A stretch of DNA of 45,869 nt, taken from Trichomonas gallinae (Eukaryota). The stretch covers positions 1 to 45,869 of the forward strand of contig MRSU01001522.1 in the NCBI GenBank assembly GCA_008369845.1. The letters run 5' to 3'. Below the pieces are notes generated by a model. The model ran no database searches, was not told the origin of the DNA, and saw only the letters and a list, made by a program, of their open reading frames with translations. Within the stretch, counting starts at the first letter, position 1, and each line of letters opens with the position of its first letter. Below are positions 32,284-42,117 of this stretch, piece after piece. A program made the position numbers and the translations under genes.

Positions 32284-32350
32284 AATGTCAAATAAAAAAT
32301 TTTATTTTAGGGGCTGATTTTTTATTTTAGGGGATAAAAAATTTGACATT
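32284..32350. promoter_or_regulatory. Structured upstream element: 10-bp inverted repeat enclosing two TTTTATTTTAGGGG copies
   Basis: AATGTCAAAT 32284-32293 / ATTTGACATT 32341-32350, with direct repeats at 32300-32313 and 32320-32333. Ends 12 bp before ATG 32363. Confidence 0.55.
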
Positions 32351-32362
32351 GTGAACTGATAT

Positions 32363-33463
32363 ATGGATAATGATATTATTCCAACAGCTGATAGCTTGTT
32401 GAAACCAATATCCAGTATCATATCGAAACACAATCTCAATCATGTTAATCCTAACCTTTTAGTTGATTATATTTTATCTCTATTAAGAAGGATTAACTCA
32501 ATTCACAAAATTGTGAAGAAGATCGAATATTTCTTAGGAATAGAAGTTGCTCAAGACATTTCAACACTTTTGCAAAACAAATACGGAACGACAATTGATA
32601 AATCTAAAGAAAATTTAAGAATTGATATTTCTGCATCCAGAAAACAGCGAAGAGAGACTGTTTCAACGCAAATTGTTTACGTAGAATCAGCAGGAATTAC
32701 TGAAGATGTCAAAGAAGATATTTTAGATGAAATACTGCGACTTTCCAATGGTTCTTTTGTCCAAAAAGATAGATTTATTATTTTTGTTGCAGGACTCGAC
32801 CCTGAACAAAATTCAATTTCTCGAATTTACAAAATATTCAAGCAATTCGGAAGAATATGCGCGATAGAAGAAGACAAGGAAAATGGTGTCGCGTTGATTG
32901 AATACATGAAACTTGCAGAAGCTTATCATGCCATTAAAAAAGCGCCCAAAATGCTCGGGAACCAATTTTTAAAGGTAGACTTCGCCGTTCATCCTAATCT
33001 TGATGCTATAGCTGCTATTGAGCAAGACATTAAAATTGCACGCGAAAACTTTGAACAATTCGATCAGGCTCCACGCAAATCGAAAAACATACAAGAAAAA
33101 ACAATTGATGTTGATAATGTTTTAATTGATGAGATGAAAACGCTCAGAAAACGAATGCACCAAAACCTCCTTGTGATGATTAAGTGGAATAACAAATTAG
33201 CCAAACCTCAGATGGATGCTATTAAGAAATTGGACGAAATGATCAAAAGTTATGAAGAAGTTAAACTAAAAGTTAATGAGCAAAATGATGAAAAAATTCA
33301 ACAAAATCTTAATGAGCAAAGAGAAGAAGCAAATCAACAAAATGTTAGTGAACAAAAAGAAGAAGAGATCCAACAAAATGTTAATGAACAAAATGAAGAA
33401 ATTCAACAAAATGAAGAAGAAATTCAGCAAAACTTTAGTGAGCAAAAAGAAGAAGTTAAATAA
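32363..33463 (+). CDS. RRM protein, RBM26/27-like (PWI-like N-terminus, RRM, Q/N/E-rich repeats)
   Basis: PNLLVDYILSLL; IFVAGL..N.I..IF.QFG.I..ALIEY..EA..A..LGNQFLKV; tail of QQNxxEQxEE repeats. Confidence 0.75.
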   Translation: MDNDIIPTADSLLKPISSIISKHNLNHVNPNLLVDYILSLLRRINSIHKIVKKIEYFLGIEVAQDISTLLQNKYGTTIDKSKENLRIDISASRKQRRETVSTQIVYVESAGITEDVKEDILDEILRLSNGSFVQKDRFIIFVAGLDPEQNSISRIYKIFKQFGRICAIEEDKENGVALIEYMKLAEAYHAIKKAPKMLGNQFLKVDFAVHPNLDAIAAIEQDIKIARENFEQFDQAPRKSKNIQEKTIDVDNVLIDEMKTLRKRMHQNLLVMIKWNNKLAKPQMDAIKKLDEMIKSYEEVKLKVNEQNDEKIQQNLNEQREEANQQNVSEQKEEEIQQNVNEQNEEIQQNEEEIQQNFSEQKEEVK

Positions 33464-33500
33464 AATTTTAATGATCAAAGAGAAGAAATTCAGCAAAAAG
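33270..33500 (+). repeat. Coding tandem repeat (~30-36 bp, QQN[VLF][NS]EQ[KRN]EE) running past the stop codon
   Basis: CAACAAAATxTTArTGArCAAA units visible. The last unit begins at the TAA at 33461. Confidence 0.8.
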
Positions 33501-33943
33501 AAGAAGTTCCCCAAGCCTAATCCAGCTTTTTGGATATATAAAATTGTTTGTTATATTAAATTTCCTTAATCAACATGTTTCTTTTATGTATTAAACATAA
33601 TGATATATCAAATTAGACTATACAAGGTTATCATTAGCTACAGAACGTTTGTCATTTGTCGCCAATAATTCATATAAATTTTAGAGGATACAGTTTAAAA
33701 TTACAAGAAATTGAAATAACAAATTTAAAAATGCACGAAATTTTATATATGCAAGAGAGAAACTTTTCATGAGTATATGAATTTCAAGAATGAGTTTTGT
33801 ATTTGTTGAATATTGAATGATTTTGGATCGAAATTTTGGTCAATGTATGAGTACATGAGAAACTTGTGGATTGTTTATCCTCTATTATGGTATTAAATAT
33901 GTAATTCGTCAACTAAATTTAAGAGAAAAACAATATAAACAAT

Positions 33944-34903
33944 TTAGTAATTATTTTGGTGCTTTTCCTTATAATTCGTGAATATACTAATAAGATTAAG
34001 CTTACCATTCTTCTTAGCAACCATTTCTGGTGTGTTATGATCAGAATCACTTGCAATAATATTTGCTCCTGAGTCAATCAACAATTCTGTTGTCAGTGGA
34101 TCACCTGACATGCAAGCGTAGTGTAATGGGGATCTTCTCTCATCATCTAAAGCATTCACATTTGCACCTCCATAAATTAATTCTCTGCATATGTAATATT
34201 CACCGATTTTTGCAGCCTCACCTAGCGGAACAATGCCTTCATCATCAGGAATATTAGGATCTGCACCGTTTTCTAGAAGTAATCGCGTTGCTTCGTAATC
34301 TTGGCAGAAAAATAGGGGAGATCTATGCATCGTTGATGGTTTTTTGACATCACATTTCGCTTTAATTAAGAATTCAACGAAATTTAACTGATTATTTTGT
34401 AATGCGACAATAAGTGGTGTTTCTTTTGCTCTTCCTTGAATATTTATGGAAGCTCCTTCATCTAGCAATGCTTTAGCACCAACTATGAAGCCATTTTTTG
34501 CGCAATAATGAAGAGCAGAGAAAGAATCCCAATCTTGTTTGTTTACCTCTGCCCCTGCAGCGATAAGAAGGCGTATTATATCGATATTTTGGGCTAGTGC
34601 AGCAAAATGAATTGGATATCTGAGTCTTTTATCTGCAACATTCGGATTTATTCCTTGTGAAAGGAGCCATTGCGCAATTTCTAATTGTCTGAATGCGCAC
34701 GCGAGAACTAGTAATGTTGGTTTTCTTGTGCATATCTCGGGAAGTACGTAAATATCATTCAACTGTAATGTTAGAAAAAAAAATTATACTATCATGTCAA
34801 CTGAATAAGGTGGCTCAAGAAGCAGCTTCAATGTGCTAAGATCTCCCTTTTCTATTGATTCGTAGATCTGGTTATGAACTTCTGCTTCTGATAATTCTTG
34901 CAT
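33944..34903 (-). CDS. Ankyrin repeat protein, two exons (34903-34790 and 34762-33944; 310 aa)
   Basis: About 7 ankyrin repeats (YPIHFAA, SALHYCA, TPLIVAL, SPLHYAC). The track ORF starts at TTG. A 38-codon upstream exon MQELSEAEVHNQIYESIEKGDLSTLKLLLEPPYSVDMI joins in frame. Confidence 0.9.
34763..34789 (-). other. 27-nt spliceosomal intron (short trichomonad type-B-like)
   Basis: GTATAATTTTTTTTTCTAACATTACAG: GT..AG ends, branch point TCTAAC fused to the 3' site, in-frame TAA inside. Confidence 0.88.
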
Positions 34904-35216
34904 TATAAATGTTTAGGGGCTTCCATAATTAATCAGGGGATTTTGCATGTTACATTTTTATACTTGAAATACAAAGTGTTTACATTAATATTTAAGTATA
35001 ACTCTTGTATAAGAATATATTTCTTGCGAGTATCATTTGATTGCTGAATTATATTTTCATCAAATTTAATTAGATATTAAATAAGGCTTTCTTTCATGAA
35101 TTATTTTTATATTACATAATTGTATGAAAAATAACTGTGTCCCATGAGTTTAATACATATTTTGGATTATAATATTAAATTTTTAATTGATTTTTTATGA
35201 TTTAATTAAGTAATTA

Positions 35217-35465
35217 ACAGCTATGATTAGTACTTCAATAAAATATTGTCGTGAAATTGTAAAATGGCTTCTTTCAGTTACATGTATTGATATAAATGCA
35301 AAAGACTTTGAAAACAAAACAGCCTTAATTTGTGCTTCATCAAAAGATTATCATGAAATTAAAATAAAAGATCATTGGATAAAAGAATTTAGCCATTCCA
35401 ATGGTTGTTGTCTTTTAGAAAATATCATGCTTTGCTAATTATATTTCACGCTCATCCTGGAATTG
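35217..35465 (+). pseudogene. Ankyrin repeat relic
   Basis: TAMISTSIKYCREIVKWLLSVTCIDINAKDFENKTALICASSKDYHEI, then unrelated sequence, then CATCCTGGAATT (HPGI) near 35453. Confidence 0.75.
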
Positions 35466-35640
35466 CAGATTTTTCCCAAAAAAAATGTTGCAATTAATTG
35501 ACAGACTTTTTGTTATAATTGGCATTGCTGTCTTTGGAGATTTATTTACTATTTGGTGTTGTGTATCTGGACATAGGAGAATCTCGTTCCTTAATTTATT
35601 ATATATTCATGAAACAATTAAAACAAAACAAACAATTTAT

Positions 35641-36783
35641 TCAAACAAGTTTTTGGAATTCGTCGAACAAAGCTTTAGTTAATCGAATATAGGCATCAGG
35701 AGCAGTACCCATCCACAGATCTGGATTGTGGTATTCAACAATCGCATCTTCAATTTCAGTGTTTTCAATCCAATTGTTGAATGAGTTAATTATTATTGTT
35801 TTTCCTCCCCAATCGAATGCTTTCTTCCACTGCCTTATGTACTCATTTCCATTATCTCTGCTGATACTCTTATGCTTTAGTCGCAAATCTCTAATTGTTT
35901 CGTTATATCCTGGCATTACAATTGGAATTATATCAAAATCTCTTGTTCTGAAATTTTCGAAATAACTTGGATCAAAATCAAAGCATGTGAATCCCGAATA
36001 TAGTGATTGAAAAGCTGAATAGACAGAATTACAATCATGATCATAATTAATTATATAATAAGTGTCATATAAGTAACTTGATGATGAAAAATTGACGAAC
36101 CCTTCAATCATAATAAGATTCTTTCCATTTATCTGTATGTTATTGTTGTATCTTGTCGAAATTTGATTAAAGTATTTAATATCATCGATAATAGTGATTT
36201 CTGATCTATTTGGGTACTGAGGTATGTATAATCCTACTGATATATTGTATTTTGAAGCAATGCTGATCAAATTTTCAATCGGATCATGGAAAGGATAAGA
36301 ATCCATGTTAATATATGTTTCTTGGACGTTTACTTCATGCATGTATCGCTGAAAATTATATGTGAAATTCTTCGTGTAAAGCTTTGGAAGAGTTTCGTTA
36401 TTATTTTTTGTCCAGTTTATGATAATTCCTTGTATTTTTGCACTTTTCAACATTTCCATATGTTTTATAAGTATTTCGTCGTTGTTTGTTGAATAAAATC
36501 CAAGTTTTGGTTTCAATAATGTTGGACTGTGGATTAAAGGTTGAAGAAATTCGTTTTCTTGTCCAAGGATTGGTATTTTCCATCCATACCAGCCTGAATC
36601 ATACTCAAAATTACCATACTTGCATTGATAAATTGAAAATAAATTTTTCGGCGAACTTGAAATCGATTTATTTTGAATATTATATGACCAGGATCGCATG
36701 CAATAGCCAGTAAATGTTGTTACAACGAAGAAAATGCATAAAATCACGACATTTTTCAATCGTGATTTTTGAATCTTTTTCAT
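35641..36783 (-). CDS. GH99 endo-alpha-mannosidase-like type II membrane protein, probably non-catalytic
   Basis: N-terminal TM; PKLGFYS..H..ML.SA.I.G..INW; IP.V.PGY..R; R.NG..Y..W..A; INSFNNWIENTEIE. ATG 36783. Confidence 0.8.
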   Translation of the reverse strand: MKKIQKSRLKNVVILCIFFVVTTFTGYCMRSWSYNIQNKSISSSPKNLFSIYQCKYGNFEYDSGWYGWKIPILGQENEFLQPLIHSPTLLKPKLGFYSTNNDEILIKHMEMLKSAKIQGIIINWTKNNNETLPKLYTKNFTYNFQRYMHEVNVQETYINMDSYPFHDPIENLISIASKYNISVGLYIPQYPNRSEITIIDDIKYFNQISTRYNNNIQINGKNLIMIEGFVNFSSSSYLYDTYYIINYDHDCNSVYSAFQSLYSGFTCFDFDPSYFENFRTRDFDIIPIVMPGYNETIRDLRLKHKSISRDNGNEYIRQWKKAFDWGGKTIIINSFNNWIENTEIEDAIVEYHNPDLWMGTAPDAYIRLTKALFDEFQKLV

Positions 36784-37639
36784 TGATAACAAATGATATA
36801 ATTTAGACCGAAAATAACAAAATCATTCTAATATGTAATGAAGGAAACAGTATCATTTACTTAACTCATAAATTAACCAAAAAATATTATTTTTCAATAA
36901 CCGACTAAAGTATTGGTATAGTTATATCTGCTATCGTTATTATAATGAATTGGCTATGCAAAGAAGCCTTAAACATTACATCATATCGATTATATAAAAT
37001 ATGTCAATATGATCAAGCAATAATGAACTTTATCAATGCACAATGGAAATACATATGGATATGGTTCATTTTATCGTTTTAAATCAGTTAACTAATTGAT
37101 ATTTATGACACATATAAAGAAATTACTTTTTTCTTTGTTTTTTCTTATATATTCATATATTATAAGATATGATTTCATGTGAAGTAACATGTGCTAGTTG
37201 CGTTATACGTGATAAGCAATGTCTATTTCAAGAAAATGTGAAATTAAATTCCCCCGATGTAAGAGAAGTAATAGTTGGCATGTGAGCACAAAGATATGTG
37301 GTTTTATCTATGTAATATATATCAACTACATTGTGATTAACCATATTTATCACATATAAAATTAATTAATTTAATTAGTTTGCGTATCATAGATTTTAAT
37401 AGTGTAATCACATATATGCATCCTTATGGGTCCATGATAGAGAAACCAATGTGAATCTGCAGTTATTTGATATGAACAAGTGAAGTCGGCTTTTTATGGA
37501 GATCACTTGTTTATCTTTGGAGATCACAGGACAAAATAATCAGGGATCAATTGGCAAAATTAAACTAAAATAAGACATAACCTCGTTGTATTATATATTT
37601 TAACAGAAATAAAAAATGACAATTTCAAAATTGAAAGCG

Positions 37640-37870
37640 TCAGAATGAAAATAATTGTATATTATATGAATAAAATTTTAAATCATTTTTAATTATCTTT
37701 CACGCCCGTATAAATATATTCAAATTTTGTGTTTTTACGATTATTTTCATTTCAAATCACAAAGCAACTAATGAAAATAATGGTGTGAATGATGATATTA
37801 GTTTTCACATAATTTTTTCATGCTTCCACGCCCGTAAAACTTTTCAAATTTCTCGGTTTTCCATGCAATA
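37640..37870. repeat. Degenerate ~126-bp tandem duplication, each copy with CACGCCCGTA
   Basis: AATGAAAATAAT..CACGCCCGTA..TTCAAATTT occurs twice; cores at 37701-37710 and 37827-37836. Confidence 0.6.
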
Positions 37871-38020
37871 AAAAGAAAACGAAATGTCAAATAAATTTGT
37901 CAAATATCGCGAAAACTTATTTTTTGGAATGTTTATAGTGTGCTATAGATATAATACTCAAAAAGTGAGATGAGCGTGAGTTTTCAGAAAAATTGAGACA
38001 AGCAGTTCAGAATCAATAAA

Positions 38021-39184
38021 ATGTTTGCTTTCATGCAGCTTGCTAGCTCTGCGAGGTTTGCAGTCCTCCTCGCAGGCTCCAACTGGTTCTTCAACTATCG
38101 CCACCAGGCTGATATCTTCACATTGTACGGCCAGCTCGTTGCTCGTGGATTCGATAAGGATCACATCACAATGATGGCTTATGATGATATCGCTCTCTCA
38201 CCAGACAATCCATTCAAGGGCAAGGTCTTCCACACACTTGACCACATCGATATCTACCCAGGCGCTTCAAAGATCACATACTCCGGCAAGAAGGTTACAG
38301 CTGATCAGTTCTACACAACACTCAAGACACTCCCATCCACAAAGGATGATAACGTCTTCATCTACTACGATAACCACGGTGGTCCAGGCATGCTCGGTAT
38401 CCCAGACGGCTGCGGTGACTACATCTTCACAGGCGAATTCTCTCCAGTCTTCGATGCTATGGAACAGAAGGGACTTTACAACAAGCTCTTCTTCGCTATC
38501 GAAGCTTGCTACTCCGGCTCTGTCGCTGCTACATTCAAGGCTAAGAACATGTGCACAATCACAGCTGCTAACGACAAGGAATCCTCCTATGCTGCTGTCT
38601 ATGATAACGCCTTAGATACATATCTCACAAACGAGTTCTCCAACTACTTCATGAACTACATTGATGAGCACCCAGACAAGACAATCGGTGAGCTCTACAC
38701 AAAAGTCAGAGACCAGACAACGGGCTCCCACGTTTGCTTCTATGGTGATGTCACAATGCAGAAGCTCCCACTTTCTGACTTCCTCGGCATGCCAAACAAG
38801 GCTGTCGTTCCAAAGCAGAACAAGAAGATCGAGATCGTCCCACACGCTCTCGCTACAAAGTCCACCCTCTACGAGCTTACAAAGTCCAAGGATCCAAAGA
38901 TTGCTGGCCGTGCTAAGGTCATGCTCCACGAGGTTATCTCCGCTGCTGAGAAGATCGACCTCACACTCACAGCTATCTCCAAGATCCTCGAGCCATCCCA
39001 GGACAACGTTCTTTCCGCTCCATGCGGCAAGATCTCTCCAGCTTACGAGGAGTGCGTTAAGTACTTCCTTTCCAAGTATGGTCCAGTTCAGGGAGATGAC
39101 TTGATCAAGTTCTCTGTCCTTGTCAACCTCGCTGAAAAGCACTCAGTTGCCGATATCAAGGCTGCTATCGATGCTATCATTTAA
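38021..39184 (+). CDS. Legumain-like asparaginyl endopeptidase (clan CD, family C13)
   Basis: AVLLAGSNWFFNYRHQAD, catalytic His (YDNHGG) and Cys (IEACYSGS), TAANDKESSY. Very strong codon bias. Confidence 0.97.
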   Translation: MFAFMQLASSARFAVLLAGSNWFFNYRHQADIFTLYGQLVARGFDKDHITMMAYDDIALSPDNPFKGKVFHTLDHIDIYPGASKITYSGKKVTADQFYTTLKTLPSTKDDNVFIYYDNHGGPGMLGIPDGCGDYIFTGEFSPVFDAMEQKGLYNKLFFAIEACYSGSVAATFKAKNMCTITAANDKESSYAAVYDNALDTYLTNEFSNYFMNYIDEHPDKTIGELYTKVRDQTTGSHVCFYGDVTMQKLPLSDFLGMPNKAVVPKQNKKIEIVPHALATKSTLYELTKSKDPKIAGRAKVMLHEVISAAEKIDLTLTAISKILEPSQDNVLSAPCGKISPAYEECVKYFLSKYGPVQGDDLIKFSVLVNLAEKHSVADIKAAIDAII

Positions 39185-39413
39185 ATTTTATAAAAATATT
39201 TTTGCATCGCGATAATAATAATCTCAAAATATTTTTGTAGTATTTTTTATTTTTAGAAAAACCGAATTTTTTCTAATTTCGAGAAAAATCGAAAAACAAC
39301 TCATATCCGTGCTTTATTAGCACTCAGATGATGTGTACTTGCATTAAAAACGGTAAATTTAAATATAACCATATCTTTAGAGAATATAAATAAAAAAAAA
39401 AAGGTACGCTAAT

Positions 39414-39749
39414 TTACTCTTCAATCTTGACAAGACGTTCTGACATGAGCTGAACAATAAGTGGTGTACGAATTTCGTAATCGAGATTATATCTTTTTGC
39501 GAGAGCTTTTCTATCTAGCTTGATATCTGGATGTTGGCTTTCGTATTTCAATACTGCCTGCGAATACTCTAAACCAAGTGAATTAAAGTAATCAAGAACG
39601 AAGAGATATTCATCTTGACCCCATCCTTTGAGGTTTACACTAGGAATATCAATACGCGAAGATGCCTGTGACATTTCTATAGCTTTTGACATGGCCGCCT
39701 GCTCATCAACGTCTGTTGAATAGCCTGTATATGTGTAAGAATATGTCAT
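39414..39749 (-). CDS. Small LisH/FOP-dimerisation-like protein
   Basis: LFVLDYFNSLGLEYSQAVLKYES resembles a LisH motif, with a C-terminal PLIVQL. Clean promoter motifs upstream. Confidence 0.55.
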   Translation of the reverse strand: MTYSYTYTGYSTDVDEQAAMSKAIEMSQASSRIDIPSVNLKGWGQDEYLFVLDYFNSLGLEYSQAVLKYESQHPDIKLDRKALAKRYNLDYEIRTPLIVQLMSERLVKIEE

Positions 39750-39778
39750 AGTGAATTGTCACTTTTCGTTTAACGGCT
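39750..39778 (-). promoter_or_regulatory. Core promoter: M3-like AGCCGTTA, M2 AAAGTGAC, Inr TCACT abutting ATG
   Basis: Minus strand reads AGCCGTTA-AACGA-AAAGTGAC-AAT-TCACT-ATG, matching recalled T. vaginalis motif consensuses. Confidence 0.7.
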
Positions 39779-40101
39779 CTTTAAACTTTTTGCGTTACAA
39801 AAATCTATCATATGGAAACCTATACTTTTGATCTTATCATGTTATTACACTCGTTCGTCTTCCTCTATATATTAAATTATTCACCCAAAAAAATTCAATT
39901 TTTTTATTGATCAAAATATATTATTCAACAAAACGAAAATATATGCATATATTAGATTTTCATTCATATAATAATCTTGACATCTAATATAGTTATATAT
40001 TAAAATCAAAATATTTATTTTATTGATAAAAAAAATCATTCAAAGCTTTTACTAATTTGGATAATCTCAAATATCATGTGTTGAAAAGTTATAATTGGTG
40101 A

Positions 40102-41430
40102 TTATGTTGGTTTCATTTTTTGAATTTTTTTGATATCTTTGAGAATTATTTCCCAGAGTTCTGCACACTCATTTTCAAGTTCAATATCATCCATTGATTC
40201 AATCAAATTTTCATTGTGAATAATATTAATTATATCTCTTGCTTCTTTCTTACCTAGGGAAAGAGAGTAGTCAATGGCCAGTTTTATGAGCTTAAATCCT
40301 TCATAAAACGGTTTGTTATACAAAACTTGTACAAGTGGAGTGATAAATCCAACATTCATCGCAGTTTTTGTTGCTTCGTTGCCAATGAGTTTGATTATGG
40401 CTAGCAATGACTTTGATGCTATAATTTTTGTGTTTAAGTTGTAATCTGGTGATAATCCTTCAATAATCCAATGAATTAAACCAAATTCTATAAGTTTGAA
40501 TGAAAACTCAGAATTGTGTTCTATTAACCTCTTGGTGATACCAATGATACTAGATATTGATTCTCCATTCGGTTGTGATGAAAATATGCCGATAAAATTG
40601 AAATTTTCAATTGTTTCAGTAACAGACGCTGGATTGGCAAGCATGCAATTGACAAAGAATAATCTTGCATTAGTTATCTCTGAATCATAAGTGTGATTTA
40701 AATTCATCAAATTAAAAAATAGTTTTGATTCTTGAAAAGGCTCTATGAGTTCTGGATATGATTTCATGAAGTTCCCTAGAAGAATATAATAAATTGAATA
40801 GCTATTGTATATGATTGGCTCGGCATTTAACAAAATATGATATAACATTTCAATTTTTTCAAAAGGGATATGATATCTTTCAATAATAGAATTAACTATA
40901 GCCATTATATGCATATCATGGTTTGAATTAATCAAATCCATCAATATTGAGATAACTTTAATTATTAAATCATTATCTTGAGTACTTTGATTAATAATTT
41001 GATGAAATATATTGGTTGATAATAAAGGATTGATATTCTTATGTGTCATTATGTGATTTATCAAAGAATTCGTAAAAATATGAATTAATTCATTGCCAAT
41101 ATTAATTTCAACGATCATGGATAATGTATTGGTGATAATAATTGATATGTCGTATTCCTCAATAAAAATAAGTGTGATAATCAATGGAATATTTTCTGGA
41201 GATAAAATTATCTGAGCAATATCCGCAATATTGAATGGGTTGTGGCCCAAAAACTGGACTATATTGTCAATATCGTCTTTAATTGATTGTAAATCGGAAT
41301 TTTGTAATTTTTGATCAAATGATCGAACAATGTGAGGTATATCTTTCATGGAAACATTTCTATTCCTTTCATAATCGTCATTTTCATGCAGCTCAGACAA
41401 AGAATTTGTTTCATTATGGCCTTCATTCAT
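40102..41430 (-). CDS. Hypothetical alpha-solenoid (ARM/HEAT-like) protein
   Basis: 442-aa open frame, helical and I/L/N-rich; LIEFGLIHWII and GFITPLVQVL patterns. Confidence 0.6.
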   Translation of the reverse strand: MNEGHNETNSLSELHENDDYERNRNVSMKDIPHIVRSFDQKLQNSDLQSIKDDIDNIVQFLGHNPFNIADIAQIILSPENIPLIITLIFIEEYDISIIITNTLSMIVEINIGNELIHIFTNSLINHIMTHKNINPLLSTNIFHQIINQSTQDNDLIIKVISILMDLINSNHDMHIMAIVNSIIERYHIPFEKIEMLYHILLNAEPIIYNSYSIYYILLGNFMKSYPELIEPFQESKLFFNLMNLNHTYDSEITNARLFFVNCMLANPASVTETIENFNFIGIFSSQPNGESISSIIGITKRLIEHNSEFSFKLIEFGLIHWIIEGLSPDYNLNTKIIASKSLLAIIKLIGNEATKTAMNVGFITPLVQVLYNKPFYEGFKLIKLAIDYSLSLGKKEARDIINIIHNENLIESMDDIELENECAELWEIILKDIKKIQKMKPT

Positions 41431-41615
41431 ATTTACTACTTAGAGCATCAAAAAATGTGACAAAAAAAATTACCAAATCAATAAAGCTTCTCAAACGAGG
41501 AATTTAGATGATTCTAGACAAATACAAATGATCTAACACGTTTATTCTATATAGCTTAATGTAAAAACAGTGACTCAAACGAGTGAATGTCTTAGTCTTT
41601 ATGTTTAATATTTTT

Positions 41616-41702
41616 GAGTATAATTATATAGCTTTGATATAGGCTTCAAAATATGGACATGATGAAATCGTAAAAATGTTGAAAGATCATGATGTAATTT
41701 GA
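41616..41702 (+). pseudogene. Single ankyrin repeat relic
   Basis: EYNYIALI*ASKYGHDEIVKMLKDHDVI*. TAG at 41640 corresponds to TGG in the 28168 relic. Confidence 0.7.
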
Positions 41703-41931
41703 TTAATTTATGGATTTTAACTTTATAATGATTCTATTTTGATGAAATCTCTGTCCGGCCACTTATAAGTATTCAATTTTTTTCCACTAAGTGCATCAAC
41801 TAGCTACATGGTGAGAATTGGACCTTGGCACCGTAGGCATATATGTACATATGCAAGTATACTATATAATAGTCTATGGTAACATTGGCTGAAATACGAA
41901 AAGTAAATAGATGAATTTGAAATCAAATTTT

Positions 41932-41967
41932 TAACCTTATATTAATAACCTTATACATTAACCTTAT
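41932..41967. repeat. Three copies of TAACCTTAT upstream of RPA2
   Basis: Exact copies at 41932, 41946 and 41959. Confidence 0.8.
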
Positions 41968-42117
41968 GTTTTGTCACTTTTCGTTACTAAAATCCAGATT
42001 TTGAGTCCATTTTTGGTGAATATAAGACTTTTATTGTGCTCTCATGTTATCCATCAAGTAAAATTTAAAAGTGTCTCGATTTTGCACGAAAAAAAAAATT
42101 TTGACCATTCAAAAAAT

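Noticed and set aside
33461..33463. Genome-wide TAA/TAG-to-Gln recoding
   Set aside because: Conserved genes (RPA2, legumain, Rib72, C2) end properly at TAA and have no internal TAR codons.
4657..39749. Flagellar gene cluster (Rib72, Hydin, LisH/FOP-like)
   Set aside because: Widely spaced among unrelated genes, and no shared motif seen.
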